From contig JACRGF010000048.1 of the NCBI GenBank assembly GCA_016212395.1, forward strand, positions 10,759 to 74,758: a stretch of 64,000 nucleotides of DNA, given 5' to 3'. The stretch comes from Candidatus Micrarchaeota archaeon. Its GTDB lineage: Archaea; Micrarchaeota; Micrarchaeia; Burarchaeales; JACRGF01. A model generated the notes under the pieces. It had not been told where the DNA came from. It saw only the letters and a list, made by a program, of their open reading frames with translations, and made no database searches. Both the position numbers and the translations under genes were made by a program. Positions 45,040-54,946 of the stretch are shown here, one piece after another. Each line of letters opens with the position of its first letter. Positions within the stretch are counted from its first letter, which is position 1.

Positions 45040-45534
45040 ATGATTGAAGTTCCAAACGGAGTAACGGTTTCAGTGGTGGACGGGAACAGCGTCCAAGTGA
45101 AAGGAAAGCTTGGAAGCGCGAGCAGGGTTTTCCCAGCCAAAGGATTGAAACTCGAAAAGAAAGAGGCGGGAATTGAAGTGACTGCCCCAACAGAAAGCAT
45201 TGCAACGACGGTAACGTCGGTGATAAAAAGCTTGCTGAAGGGAGTGAGCGAGGGTTACACTAAAAAAATGACTGTCATTTACTCGCACTTTCCGATTTCA
45301 GTTGAAGTGAAAGGGAAAGTTGTTTTAGTGAAAAACTTTTTGGGAGAAAAAAAGCCGCGCGAGTCTAAAATAATCGGCGAAACGAAAGTGCAGGCTAAAG
45401 GCGCGGAAATAACCATTACGGGAGTGGACAAGGAGCACGTGAGCCAAACAATAGCGAACATGAAGACCGCGACGAGAATAACGAAAAGGGACTCGAGAGT
45501 GTTTCAAGACGGAGTGTATGTAGTGGAAGAGTAA
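45040..45534 (+). CDS. rpl6: ribosomal protein uL6
   Basis: Sequence and position. Confidence 0.95.
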   Translation: MIEVPNGVTVSVVDGNSVQVKGKLGSASRVFPAKGLKLEKKEAGIEVTAPTESIATTVTSVIKSLLKGVSEGYTKKMTVIYSHFPISVEVKGKVVLVKNFLGEKKPRESKIIGETKVQAKGAEITITGVDKEHVSQTIANMKTATRITKRDSRVFQDGVYVVEE

Positions 45535-45598
45535 AGAAGTTTCGAGAGCAGTTCAAAACTCCGAAACTACAAAACTCAAAATCAGTATTATGGTGGTA

Positions 45599-45970
45599 AT
45601 GATGATGAATGTCAAAAAACTGGCTGCGAGAAAAAAGAAAAGGCCGCACTTCAAGAGGTCGAACTGCGGAAGGCCTGACATGAAGAGCGTGAAGGACGTG
45701 TGGCGCAGGCCGAGAGGCATTGACAACAAGCAGCGCGAGCAGAAGAAAGCAGCAGGCCCTATTCCGAGCATCGGCTGGAGAAACTCGAGGGACATTAGGG
45801 GAGTCCACCCGTCTGGGTTTGTCGAGTGCAGGGTTCACAATATTGCGGAATTGAAAAATCTTGAAAGCGAAAAGCACGCAGTAATGGTAGCTTCAAGCGT
45901 CGGCGGAAAAAAGAGGCTGGAGATAATCGCTGAAGCGAAAAAAAAGAACTTGAAGATATTAAACGCGTAG
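45599..45970 (+). CDS. rpl32e: ribosomal protein eL32
   Basis: Sequence and position; several candidate ATGs at 45590-45605. Confidence 0.9.
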   Translation: MMMNVKKLAARKKKRPHFKRSNCGRPDMKSVKDVWRRPRGIDNKQREQKKAAGPIPSIGWRNSRDIRGVHPSGFVECRVHNIAELKNLESEKHAVMVASSVGGKKRLEIIAEAKKKNLKILNA

Positions 45971-46097
45971 AAATGGTTTTGCAGTAGTTTTGTTTATGGG
46001 GTTTTGAAGTTTAGGAGTTATTGGGTTTGAAAGTTTTGGAGTTTCAGCAGTTCGAAACTCCGAAACTGCAAAACTCGAAACTGTTTTAAGGTGTTGT
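45971..46097. repeat. 8-nt array followed by its inverted copy (long imperfect hairpin)
   Basis: GGGGTTTTGAAGTTTAGGAG...AGTTTTGGAGTTTCAGCAGTTCGAAACTCCGAAACTGCAAAACTCGAAACTG. Confidence 0.7.
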
Positions 46098-46100
46098 TTG

Positions 46101-46559
46101 ATGAGTTTGAAAATGGTTAAGAGGGTGGCTTCTGATATTCTTGGGGTTGGCGAGAGCAGGATTCGCATTGACCCGAACCATGTGAAGAAGGCAGGCGAAG
46201 CGCTTACTCGCGACGACGTGCGCGCGCTTATCGGGCAGGGAGTAATTGCAGTTGTTCAAGCAAGGGGAATTTCGCGCGGGAAAGCGAGGGTGAAGGACGC
46301 GCAAAAGAAAAGCGGGAGGCGCAGGGGAATTGGAAGCAGGAAGGGAACGAAGTACAGCAGGATTTCGAGGAAAGAAATTTGGATGAAGAAAGTAAGGGCG
46401 CAGAGGAAGTTGTTGAATGAATTGCGCGAGAAAAAACTGCTTGAAGGGCAGGGGACGTTCAGGAATGTTTACATGATGGTGAAGGGCAGGGCGTTCAAAG
46501 CGAAGGCACAGCTTATCACTTACTTGGCTGAAAATAATTTGATTAAAAAGAGAAGTTGA
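46101..46559 (+). CDS. rpl19e: ribosomal protein eL19
   Basis: Sequence and position. Confidence 0.95.
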   Translation: MSLKMVKRVASDILGVGESRIRIDPNHVKKAGEALTRDDVRALIGQGVIAVVQARGISRGKARVKDAQKKSGRRRGIGSRKGTKYSRISRKEIWMKKVRAQRKLLNELREKKLLEGQGTFRNVYMMVKGRAFKAKAQLITYLAENNLIKKRS

Positions 46560-46564
46560 TTGGT

Positions 46565-47146
46565 ATGGCAAAAGCAACAGGTGCAACGTACGACGTTCCT
46601 TTCAAAAGGAGAAGAAAGGGATTGACGAATTACAGGAAGAGGCTCGCGCTGGCAAGCGCGGGAGTGCGCATGGTAGTGCGCAAGAGCTTGAAGCACGTGC
46701 GCGTGCAGTTCGCCGAGTTCGAGGAAAAAGGGGACAGCGTGCTTGCGACTGCAACATCTGAAGAGTTGGGCGAGTACGGGTGGAAGATGAACAAGAACAC
46801 TCCGACCGCGTACTTGACTGGATTGCTTGCTGGCTTGAAGGCGAAAAAGAAGGGAATTGGGAAAGCGGTTCTTGATGTTGGCCTGCACACGCCTTCGAAA
46901 GGCGCGCTCGTGTTCGCTGCGCTGAAAGGAGCGCTTGACGCGGGAGTGGACATTCCGCACGGGGAAAACTTGTTTGACGAAGAGAGGCTGAATGGAGCGC
47001 ACATTGCGGCATACGCTTCGCAGTTGAAGGGAAAGCCGGAGTACGAGAAAAAGTTTTCAGCCTGCTTGAAGGCTGGAGTTGACCCGGAAAAAATTCCGTC
47101 ACTTGTTGAAGAAGCGAAAAAGAAGATAGTTTCAAAAGGTGTTTGA
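46565..47146 (+). CDS. rpl18: ribosomal protein uL18
   Basis: Sequence and position. Confidence 0.95.
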   Translation: MAKATGATYDVPFKRRRKGLTNYRKRLALASAGVRMVVRKSLKHVRVQFAEFEEKGDSVLATATSEELGEYGWKMNKNTPTAYLTGLLAGLKAKKKGIGKAVLDVGLHTPSKGALVFAALKGALDAGVDIPHGENLFDEERLNGAHIAAYASQLKGKPEYEKKFSACLKAGVDPEKIPSLVEEAKKKIVSKGV

Positions 47147-47148
47147 AG

Positions 47149-47832
47149 ATGAACTTTAGAAGGGATAGGGAAAAGGAAGAGAAAGCGCCTTGGGTTCCAA
47201 GAACGGAGATAGGCAGGAAAGTCCAAAACAAGGAAATAGTTTCTATTGAAGAAATTTTTGAAATGGGCAAGCCGATACTGGAGTACCAGATTGTTGACGC
47301 GCTGCTTCCGAACTTGAAGGAAGAGCTGATTCAAGTTTCTACAACGCAGAGAATGACGGATTGCGGGAGAAAAATGAAGTTCCGCGCAGTCATGATCGTA
47401 GGGGATGGAAACGGCCACGTCGGAGTGGGGTTCGGAAAGGCTGACGAGGCAAAACCAGCGATAGAAAGCGCGATAGGCTCTGCGAAGAGAAACATTATTC
47501 GAGTGCCGCTAAGTTGCGGGTCTTGGGAATGCAGTTGCAACACGAGGCACACTGTGCCGATTAAAGTCGTTGGAAAAAACGGAAGCGTTAAAATAGAACT
47601 TAAGCCCGCGCCGAGGGGAGTGGGCATTGTCGCGAACGAGATAGCGCGCAAAACGCTTGAACTCGCTGGAGTGAAGGACGTGTGGAGTTTTTCAAGAGGC
47701 AGGACGAAAAGCGTTTACAACATGGCAATGGCAGTAATCAACGCGCTCGACTCGTTGAACAAGATGAGGTATACGGGGGACTGGGAGACTGCGCTTGGAG
47801 AAAAAAAGGAAGTTAAAGAGAGTCCGGCGTGA
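47149..47832 (+). CDS. rps5: ribosomal protein uS5
   Basis: Sequence and position. Confidence 0.95.
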   Translation: MNFRRDREKEEKAPWVPRTEIGRKVQNKEIVSIEEIFEMGKPILEYQIVDALLPNLKEELIQVSTTQRMTDCGRKMKFRAVMIVGDGNGHVGVGFGKADEAKPAIESAIGSAKRNIIRVPLSCGSWECSCNTRHTVPIKVVGKNGSVKIELKPAPRGVGIVANEIARKTLELAGVKDVWSFSRGRTKSVYNMAMAVINALDSLNKMRYTGDWETALGEKKEVKESPA

Positions 47833-47857
47833 GAAGGGTTATAAAGAGTTGGTTTGA

Positions 47858-48412
47858 ATGGTTGCAAAGAAGAAAAACGTTGAAACGATAGCAAACCCGA
47901 AAAGCGACGCAGGGTTTGCTAGAAGCAGTCGAGCTACTTCGCGAGACTGCTGCCAAAAGAAGCTGGTGCTGGTGCGCATACGCGGCTGCACGGGCATAAG
48001 AAGGGAAGTGGAAGACACTATGAAAATGCTTTGCTTGACTCGCGTGAACCACTGCAGCCTCGCGGACGAATCTCCGCAGACGAAAGGGATGATTCAGAGG
48101 TGCAAGGATTATATTACGTGGGGCGAAGTCGAGCAGAAGACGCTGGCGAAGCTTCTTGAAAAAAGAGGACGGCTGCCGGGAGACGCGAGAGTGACTGTTG
48201 AAACTCTCAAGGAAAAGGGATTTGAATCGTTTTCAGAACTTGCTGGAAAACTTATCGCGTCGGAATGCAGCCTTGAAGGAGTTGGGCTTAAAAAAGTTTT
48301 CAGGTTAAACCCTCCAAGCAAGGGGTTTGGAAGCATAAAACTGGCTTTCCCCAGAGGAGCTTTGGGGTCGAGGGGCGCGGGCATAAACGCGTTGCTAGAA
48401 AGAATGATGTGA
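47858..48412 (+). CDS. rpl30: ribosomal protein uL30
   Basis: Sequence and position. Confidence 0.9.
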   Translation: MVAKKKNVETIANPKSDAGFARSSRATSRDCCQKKLVLVRIRGCTGIRREVEDTMKMLCLTRVNHCSLADESPQTKGMIQRCKDYITWGEVEQKTLAKLLEKRGRLPGDARVTVETLKEKGFESFSELAGKLIASECSLEGVGLKKVFRLNPPSKGFGSIKLAFPRGALGSRGAGINALLERMM

Positions 48413-48431
48413 GTCGCAGTGGTGAAAAATT

Positions 48432-48854
48432 ATGGTCAGAAGGCATAGAAAAAGAAGCAGAAAATATTTGGGAAGCAGGTCGCACGGCGGAGGCAACGCA
48501 AAAAACCGAAGAGGCAAAGGAAGCAAGGGAGGAAAAGGCTTCGGTGGCGGCCACAAGCACAAGTGGTCCCGCATGGTAAAGCTTGACCACTTCGGAGTTC
48601 ACGGATTCGCGCCGATAAACAAGGAGCACGTAGAAGTGCTGAACTTGGGGGACATCACGCGCAAAATTGAAAACGGAAAGATAAAAGAGAAAGAAGGAAA
48701 ATACTTTTTTGATTTCGAGGGAAAAATTCTTGGAAGCGGAAAAATTAGCGAGCCAGTCGTTGTAAAAGCCAAAGCATTTTCCAAGAATGCGGTTGAAAAA
48801 ATAAAACAGGCTGGCGGAGAAGCGCGCATTAACGGTGAGAAAAATGCGGCTTGA
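48432..48854 (+). CDS. rpl15: ribosomal protein uL15
   Basis: Sequence and position. Confidence 0.95.
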   Translation: MVRRHRKRSRKYLGSRSHGGGNAKNRRGKGSKGGKGFGGGHKHKWSRMVKLDHFGVHGFAPINKEHVEVLNLGDITRKIENGKIKEKEGKYFFDFEGKILGSGKISEPVVVKAKAFSKNAVEKIKQAGGEARINGEKNAA

Positions 48855-50340
48855 ATTTCTAAAGCCAATCATCCGCTTTCTGCCTGAAGTGAAGCAGCCT
48901 GTGCGAAAGCCTCCTTTGAACGAGAAAGTAATTTGGACGCTCGCAGCGCTCATCATCTTCTTTGTAATGTATCACGTAGAGCCAGTGGGCGCTATAGTGA
49001 GCAAGGGAGGCCAGAACGATTTCCTCCAGCTTATTCTCGCAAGCAAAGTAGGAAGCTTGATTACAGTAGGAATAGGCCCGATTATTTTAGCGTCAATCTT
49101 CCTCCAGTTGTTCGTTGGAGCAAAAATAATAGACATTGACATGAAGGACCCGGAGCAGAAGAAGACGTTCCAAGGAGCGCAGAAGCTGCTCGCGCTGCTC
49201 TTGTGCTTTTTCGAGTCAGCAATGTATGTAATGTCTGGAAACGTAATGCCAATGGGCTTTGCAGGCACGAGCACGCTGCCGTTGCTTGGAAGCTTTACGT
49301 TCACGCAAATCTTAGTAGTAATGCAGCTTGCAATCGGCTCGATAATACTGCTGTACATGGACGAGATAGTTTCAAGGTACGGCTTGGGAAGCGGCATAAG
49401 CTTGTTCATCGCAGCAGGAGTATCGCTCGCAGTAGTAATGGGAACAATCGCCATAATCACGGGGTACGGAGGGGGAATAGCGGAACAACAGACAGTATTT
49501 TACAACCTCGCGCAAGGAGGCGCTGACTCCATCCCCAACGCGATAATCGCATTGCTGCCGATTATTTTCACGATTATAGTGTTCCTAGTGGTAACGTACG
49601 CGGAGGGAATGAAAGTAGAAATTCCTCTCGCGTTCGAACGCGCGCGAGGCTTTGGTGGTAGGTACCCGATAAAGCTCATGTACGTTTCTAACATTCCAGT
49701 CATTCTCGCCAGCGCGCTGTTGCTCAACTTGCAGTTGTGGACGCGAGCACTTCAAAACGCGTCGTTCTACGTTGGAGGCGCGGATGTAGTCAAATTGTTC
49801 GTGCAAATAGACAGTGCCACTCAAGGAGTGAACGGAGGAATACTGTACTTCTTGACTCCGAGGTTTTTCAACCCGCTTGCAGTAGGATACCAAACGTATT
49901 TCTCAATGTTTTTCACGAACCATGTGCTCAACTTTCCGTATATTGGCACAGTGATAGTGCCTGAGTGGATTCACATTTTCACGTACACGATATTCCTCGT
50001 AATACTTTGTGTCATATTCGGAAGATTCTGGATTGAAACTACTGGAATGGGCCCGCGCGACGTTGCAGCACAGCTTCAAAACAGCGGGCTGCAAATCCCC
50101 GGATTCAGGAGAGACCCGCGAGTGATGGAGAAAATACTCGAAAAATACATTCCAATCATTACCATCCTAGGGTCGGTATTCGTCGGCTTGCTCGCGTCGT
50201 TCGCTGACTTGACTGGAGCGCTCGGGACTGGAACAGGAATATTGCTTACAGTCGGAATACTTCACAGGATGTACGAAGACTTGACAGCGCAAAAAATGTT
50301 TGACATTTACCCGGACTTGAGAAAAATAGTTGGCGGGTAA
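48844..50340 (+). CDS. secY: preprotein translocase subunit SecY
   Basis: 10-TM SecY/Sec61alpha pattern; position after L15. Confidence 0.95.
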   Translation: MRLEFLKPIIRFLPEVKQPVRKPPLNEKVIWTLAALIIFFVMYHVEPVGAIVSKGGQNDFLQLILASKVGSLITVGIGPIILASIFLQLFVGAKIIDIDMKDPEQKKTFQGAQKLLALLLCFFESAMYVMSGNVMPMGFAGTSTLPLLGSFTFTQILVVMQLAIGSIILLYMDEIVSRYGLGSGISLFIAAGVSLAVVMGTIAIITGYGGGIAEQQTVFYNLAQGGADSIPNAIIALLPIIFTIIVFLVVTYAEGMKVEIPLAFERARGFGGRYPIKLMYVSNIPVILASALLLNLQLWTRALQNASFYVGGADVVKLFVQIDSATQGVNGGILYFLTPRFFNPLAVGYQTYFSMFFTNHVLNFPYIGTVIVPEWIHIFTYTIFLVILCVIFGRFWIETTGMGPRDVAAQLQNSGLQIPGFRRDPRVMEKILEKYIPIITILGSVFVGLLASFADLTGALGTGTGILLTVGILHRMYEDLTAQKMFDIYPDLRKIVGG

Positions 50341-50416
50341 AAAAACGAGACGAGTCAAAACCAGCCAAGGCAACTCAAAACTGGAAACTGCAAAACTGAA
50401 AACGAATAGTGGTGTT

Positions 50417-50965
50417 ATGATAGTAGTTATGGGCGCTCCTGGCGCTGGAAAAACTACGGTGCTTGCGGAACTGCGCAAAGAGTTTCCGGAAGTGAAGATA
50501 ATAGTTTACGGGGACTTGATGTACGAGATTGCAAAGAGAATGCAACTCGTGAACAACAAGGACGAGATTAGAAAACTGCCCCAGGCAACCCAGAAGAGGA
50601 TACAATCGCAAGTTGCGAGAGTGCTCGCGAAAGAAGAAGGGAAAGTTATTCTCGACACGCACTGCTCGATAAACACGCCGCACGGGTACTTGCCAGGGCT
50701 GCCGTTCGAACTGCTGTCGAAATTCAAGGTAGAGCGCCTCGCGCTCATTGAAGCTCCGATACAGCAGATAATATCGCGCAGGAAAAAAGACTTGACGCGC
50801 ATGAGAGACGCGCAACTGGAAGAACAATTGGAAGAGCACGCGTTCGTGAACAGGGGAATGATTTGCGCTTACGCCGCGTTCACTGGAGCTCCGGTGCGCA
50901 TAATAAAAAACAAGGACGGGAAACTTCAGGATGCAGTGCAAGAGTTGAAACAACTCCTGCAATGA
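50417..50965 (+). CDS. adk: adenylate kinase (archaeal type)
   Basis: MIVVMGAPGAGKTT P-loop; position after secY. Confidence 0.9.
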   Translation: MIVVMGAPGAGKTTVLAELRKEFPEVKIIVYGDLMYEIAKRMQLVNNKDEIRKLPQATQKRIQSQVARVLAKEEGKVILDTHCSINTPHGYLPGLPFELLSKFKVERLALIEAPIQQIISRRKKDLTRMRDAQLEEQLEEHAFVNRGMICAYAAFTGAPVRIIKNKDGKLQDAVQELKQLLQ

Positions 50966-51507
50966 AAAATGAGGGAATGAAGATGAGCGAAGAAATAATT
51001 GCGTTTTTCATAATCGCCGTTGCGGCAATGGCTTACTCGCTGTTGTCAATGTACGTTACTTCAAAGTACGGAAAAAAAGACAGGGTGAAGCAAATACAGG
51101 AAGAAATGAAGAACATAAACAAGGAGTACGCGGACGCGCTGAAGGCTAACGACCCGAAAAGGCTCTCCAAAGCGGAGAAAGAGCAAACGCGCATTGCAAA
51201 CCTGCTTAAAGAATCAATGATTCTGCAGTTCAAGCCGCTCGTCATAATGCTCCCGGCACTGTTGCTCGTGCCAATGGCGCTCGTGCATTTTTTCCCGAAC
51301 TTCGTAGTGCAGTTAAGCCAGCCGATTCCAGTAGTAATCCAAAACTTGAACAACTTTCCGAACTGGAGGAGCGTGTTCGGCGCGCGAGGATGGTTCTGGG
51401 TTTCACTCGTGTTCACCTCGCTCGCGATTCAAGTGCTCGTTCAAGGAACGAAAAAACTCAAGGAAAAACTCAATAAAACAAATTTACAGATTCAAAAACA
51501 AGGGTGA
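50962..51507 (+). CDS. DUF106 / EMC3-TMCO1-like membrane protein (archaeal Oxa1/YidC-like)
   Basis: TM - coiled coil - 2 TM architecture; conserved position after adk; ATGA overlap. Confidence 0.65.
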   Translation: MKNEGMKMSEEIIAFFIIAVAAMAYSLLSMYVTSKYGKKDRVKQIQEEMKNINKEYADALKANDPKRLSKAEKEQTRIANLLKESMILQFKPLVIMLPALLLVPMALVHFFPNFVVQLSQPIPVVIQNLNNFPNWRSVFGARGWFWVSLVFTSLAIQVLVQGTKKLKEKLNKTNLQIQKQG

Positions 51508-51513
51508 TTAAAA

Positions 51514-51834
51514 ATGCCAATGCCTAAAGACAGGGGAAGAAAAAGAATTCCGAGAAAAACTCCGGGAGGAAAACAAGCGTTCTTGATTGAAAAAGGCAAG
51601 CGGGGAATTGCAGCGTGCGCTGCATGCAAAAACCAGCTTCAAGGCACTACTACGAAAAGAAACGTGGCGAAAAGCATGAGGACGCCAAGCAGGCTCTTCG
51701 GCGGAAACATGTGCGCCAAATGCACTGAAAAAGTAATTTCAATCGCAGCGCTCGTCGAAAGCAACGAGCTGAGAACAGCAGACGTTGACTTGAAGTACAG
51801 GGAGAAAGTAAAACAGCTCGTGGGAGAGAAATAA
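51514..51834 (+). CDS. rpl34e: ribosomal protein eL34
   Basis: Sequence and position. Confidence 0.9.
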   Translation: MPMPKDRGRKRIPRKTPGGKQAFLIEKGKRGIAACAACKNQLQGTTTKRNVAKSMRTPSRLFGGNMCAKCTEKVISIAALVESNELRTADVDLKYREKVKQLVGEK

Positions 51835-51965
51835 AAGAAAGAGGAAAAAGGCAAACGCGCTTTGCGGAAAAGCAATTCGTGAAAAAACGAAAAAGGGGGA
51901 ATGCGCAAGCGCGTTTAATGGAAACATTTCGTGAAAAAAAAAAGCGAAAAGAGAGGGAAGGAACA

Positions 51966-52487
51966 ATGATAGTATGCGTTTCAGGCCTTGCAGGATGCGG
52001 AAAAAACACAGTAGGAGAATTTCTAGCTGAAAAACTTTCGCTCAAGCCAGTTGGATTTTCGTTTAAAGACGAAGCTGAAACACGAGAGATAAGCCTCATG
52101 GAACTGCAGGAACTTGCGGCAAAAAATCCAAGCATAGACAAGGAATTCGATGAACGCCTCGTGCGGGAAGCTGGAAAAGGAAACTGCGTGATAACAACAT
52201 GGCTCGGCTCGTGGATGGTTGAAAACGCAGATTTTAGGGTGTGGCTGAAGGCAAGCGAGGAAGAACGCGCGAAGCGGGTTTCTTCCAGGGACAAGATGAG
52301 CTTCGGGGAAGCGCTCGCGCACGTGAAAAAAAGAGATGATGGAAACAGGCAGAGGTACAAAAAATACTATGGAATAGACATTGACGATCATTCGAACTTT
52401 GACTTGGAGATAAACACGCGCGTGTTCACTCCTGAAGCAATAGCAGAAATAATTGTTGAAGCGATAAAAAGAAAGAAAAAAAATTGA
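51966..52487 (+). CDS. cmk: cytidylate kinase (archaeal type)
   Basis: MIVCVSGLAGCGKNT P-loop; position. Confidence 0.85.
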   Translation: MIVCVSGLAGCGKNTVGEFLAEKLSLKPVGFSFKDEAETREISLMELQELAAKNPSIDKEFDERLVREAGKGNCVITTWLGSWMVENADFRVWLKASEEERAKRVSSRDKMSFGEALAHVKKRDDGNRQRYKKYYGIDIDDHSNFDLEINTRVFTPEAIAEIIVEAIKRKKKN

Positions 52488-52503
52488 AGACAATACTAGG
52501 GGG

Positions 52504-52728
52504 ATGGAAATGGCTTTGATTGAAAAAGGAAGAGTGTGCTTGAAAAAAAGAGGAAGGGACGCTGGAAGCAAATGCGTCATAACAAACAAGATAGACGATA
52601 GCTACGTTGAAATAAGGAGCGCTGGCAGAAAAAAACCGCGCAAATGCAACGTGTCACACCTCGAGCCACTCAGCATTGTAGTTAATGTTGAAAGCGAAGA
52701 GGAAGTGAAAAAAGCGCTTGAAAAATAA
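52504..52728 (+). CDS. rpl14e: ribosomal protein eL14
   Basis: KOW-like GRVCLKKRGRDAGSKCVI. Confidence 0.85.
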   Translation: MEMALIEKGRVCLKKRGRDAGSKCVITNKIDDSYVEIRSAGRKKPRKCNVSHLEPLSIVVNVESEEEVKKALEK

Positions 52729-52750
52729 GGCAGTAAAAGGATGAAGACGC

Positions 52751-53767
52751 ATGGTTTCAGTGAAACGAGACGAGGAAACGAGCCCGGCAACGGGAAAAAA
52801 ACCGTCCGAGAGAAGCATTCAGGAACTCTTCGGCAATGGAATAATTTTCGTGGACAAACCGTGCGGGCCGTCATCCCACGAAGTAAGCGCGTGGGTGAAA
52901 AGAATAACCGGAGTGCAGAAGACAGGGCACTCGGGAACGCTTGACCCGCAAGTGTCCGGCGTCCTTCCAGTAGGGCTGGACAACTCGACGAAAATACTCG
53001 GAACGCTCCTCGAAGACACGAAGGAATACGTGGGAATAATCAAATTTCACGCGAACGTGAGCGTTGAACAAGTGGAAAAAGCGTTCAAGAAATTCACTGG
53101 CGAAATAACACAGCTTCCGCCTGTCCGCAGCGCCGTAAAACGCGTTCCGAGAAAAAGAAAGGTTTATTACCTTGCTGCGCTCGAATATAGTGGCAGGGAA
53201 GTTCTCTTCAAAGTAGGGTGCGAAGCAGGAACTTATATTCGGAAACTCTGCCATGACATAGGCATTTTCCTCGGATGCCAAGCGCACATGCTCGAGCTTC
53301 GAAGGACGAAAGCCGGCGGAATAACCGAAAAAGAGACGGTTACGTTGCAGCAATTAAGCGACGCCATGTGGCTGTGGAAGGAAAAGAACGACGAATCGCT
53401 TCTGCGAAAAACTATCCACCCGCTCGAAGCCGCTGTTCACCTGAAAAAAATATGGATTTCAGACAACGCAATCGAAGCCGTCTGCACTGGAGCGCAACTG
53501 GCTGCTCCCGGAATAATAAAATTAGACGACGGCATCGCCGAACAGGAAAAAATAGCTCTCCTTTCACTGAAAGGAGAACTGGTAAGCATCGCACGCGCGC
53601 AGGCAAGCACGAAGCAAATGCTTGAAATGCAGAAAGGAATAGCAACCAAAACAATGCGAGTGATACTGCCACGAGGCACGTACCCAAAACACAAGAAAAA
53701 AGAAAAAAGCGAACAAGAAAAACTCGAAACTATAGCAAACCACGAAAGTAATGCGACGAAAGTCTGA
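52751..53767 (+). CDS. cbf5: H/ACA RNP pseudouridine synthase Cbf5 (TruB family, PUA domain)
   Basis: GHSGTLDPQVSGVLPV catalytic Asp motif. Confidence 0.95.
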   Translation: MVSVKRDEETSPATGKKPSERSIQELFGNGIIFVDKPCGPSSHEVSAWVKRITGVQKTGHSGTLDPQVSGVLPVGLDNSTKILGTLLEDTKEYVGIIKFHANVSVEQVEKAFKKFTGEITQLPPVRSAVKRVPRKRKVYYLAALEYSGREVLFKVGCEAGTYIRKLCHDIGIFLGCQAHMLELRRTKAGGITEKETVTLQQLSDAMWLWKEKNDESLLRKTIHPLEAAVHLKKIWISDNAIEAVCTGAQLAAPGIIKLDDGIAEQEKIALLSLKGELVSIARAQASTKQMLEMQKGIATKTMRVILPRGTYPKHKKKEKSEQEKLETIANHESNATKV

Positions 53768-53778
53768 TAGTTCGTTCT

Positions 53779-53849
53779 CGTGGTTTGCTTTGAGTTGACT
53801 GATGTCAACTGCTCAACAACGCAAGGCGTTGTTGAAGTTGCAAACCGCA
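53779..53849 (+). repeat. compact multi-hairpin element after the cbf5 stop
   Basis: Outer stem GGTTTGC/GCAAACC encloses GAGTTGAC-TGAT-GTCAAC and CAACAACGC-AAG-GCGTTGTTG. Confidence 0.65.
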
Positions 53850-53917
53850 TTACTTATTTACAGTAACGAAACAAAACCTGAAAACAGAAAACTGGAAACT
53901 GAAAACATTATAATCAC

Positions 53918-54274
53918 GCCGGGGTGGCAGAACCTGGTTAATGCGTACGCCTGGAATTAACCTTTTTTTCTTTCTTTTCTAGGAGAAAAGAAAGAAAAAA
54001 ACGTTAACGAAAAAAGAAAGAAAATGTAAAGAAACGTTAACGAAAAAAGAAAGAAAAACGAATGAAAAAAGAAAAGAAAACAACAGTAGTATTCATCAAA
54101 AAAAGAAGTGATTTCTTTTTTGGAATCTGGAGAGCGTATGGCTCTAACGGGCCGCATGGGTTCAAAAGGAGTTTTGAAGTTTAGAAGTTTTGAAGTTTCG
54201 TGTAGATGTTTTTAAGGGAATGCGAAACTCCAAAACCCGAAACTTCGAAGCCCGTGAGAATCCCATCCCCGGCG
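53918..54274 (+). tRNA. tRNA-Ser(GGA) with two introns: anticodon-loop intron about 53957-54132 and T-loop intron 54167-54260
   Basis: Acceptor GCCGGGG/CCCCGGC, discriminator G, anticodon stem UACGC/GCGUA with CUGGA in the loop, long variable arm GGCUC/GGGCC, T-stem AUGGG/CCCAU; exons sum to about 87 nt. Confidence 0.8.
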
Positions 54275-54288
54275 TTGAAAATTAGCGT

Positions 54289-54918
54289 TTGAAAAAAATT
54301 GGTGATTTGTTGAGCAGTGTGAAACCTGGCAAGAAAAAGAGTGATGAGAAAGGCGCGCCTGAAGTGCGCAAGCCTGAAGCTAAAGTTGATTATGGGAAAG
54401 CAGTATTGTCTCCTCGAGGAAAGGAAATAAGGGGTATCGTTAGGATTGCCGGCAAAGACGTGAAAGGAGAAGTTTCTTTGCGCAGGGCGGTTATCGAGGT
54501 AAAGGGAGTCGGGGAGAGGTATGGACGGATAATTTTTGACGCTGCGTGCAGCAAAATGGGTTTTCCTTTGGACTGCATGGTCGGCGAATTGTCTGAAGAC
54601 GAGCTGGACAGGCTCGAAGAGATTATGAAGAATCCTGCGAGCGTTGGAATCCCGTCGTTTTTGATGAACAGGCGCAAGGATGTTGACACGGGGCAGGATA
54701 AGCAGTTGATTGCAACTGATTTAGTGTTTCAAAACAAGCAGGATGTTGAACGGGAAAAAGGAATGAGCTCGTGGAGAGGCTACAGACACGTGTACGGAAA
54801 GAAAGTACGCGGCCAGCGCACGAGGACTACGGGAAGAAAGGGAATGAGCGTTGGAGTGTTGAGGAAATCCCTTGTTGCAAAGCCCGGTGCAGCTCCTGCG
54901 AAAGAGGAAAAGAAATAA
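54289..54918 (+). CDS. rps13: ribosomal protein uS13 with N-terminal extension
   Basis: IVRIAGKDVKGEVSLRRAVIEVKGVG; TTG start, no ATG before the conserved core. Confidence 0.9.
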   Translation: MKKIGDLLSSVKPGKKKSDEKGAPEVRKPEAKVDYGKAVLSPRGKEIRGIVRIAGKDVKGEVSLRRAVIEVKGVGERYGRIIFDAACSKMGFPLDCMVGELSEDELDRLEEIMKNPASVGIPSFLMNRRKDVDTGQDKQLIATDLVFQNKQDVEREKGMSSWRGYRHVYGKKVRGQRTRTTGRKGMSVGVLRKSLVAKPGAAPAKEEKK

Positions 54919-54946
54919 CAAGAAAGTTTTTTTCAAGGTGGTTTGA

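Noticed and set aside
45971-46097. Octamer arrays considered as a miniature CRISPR array
   Set aside because: The unit is only 8 nt, with no unique spacers, no leader and no cas genes in the window.
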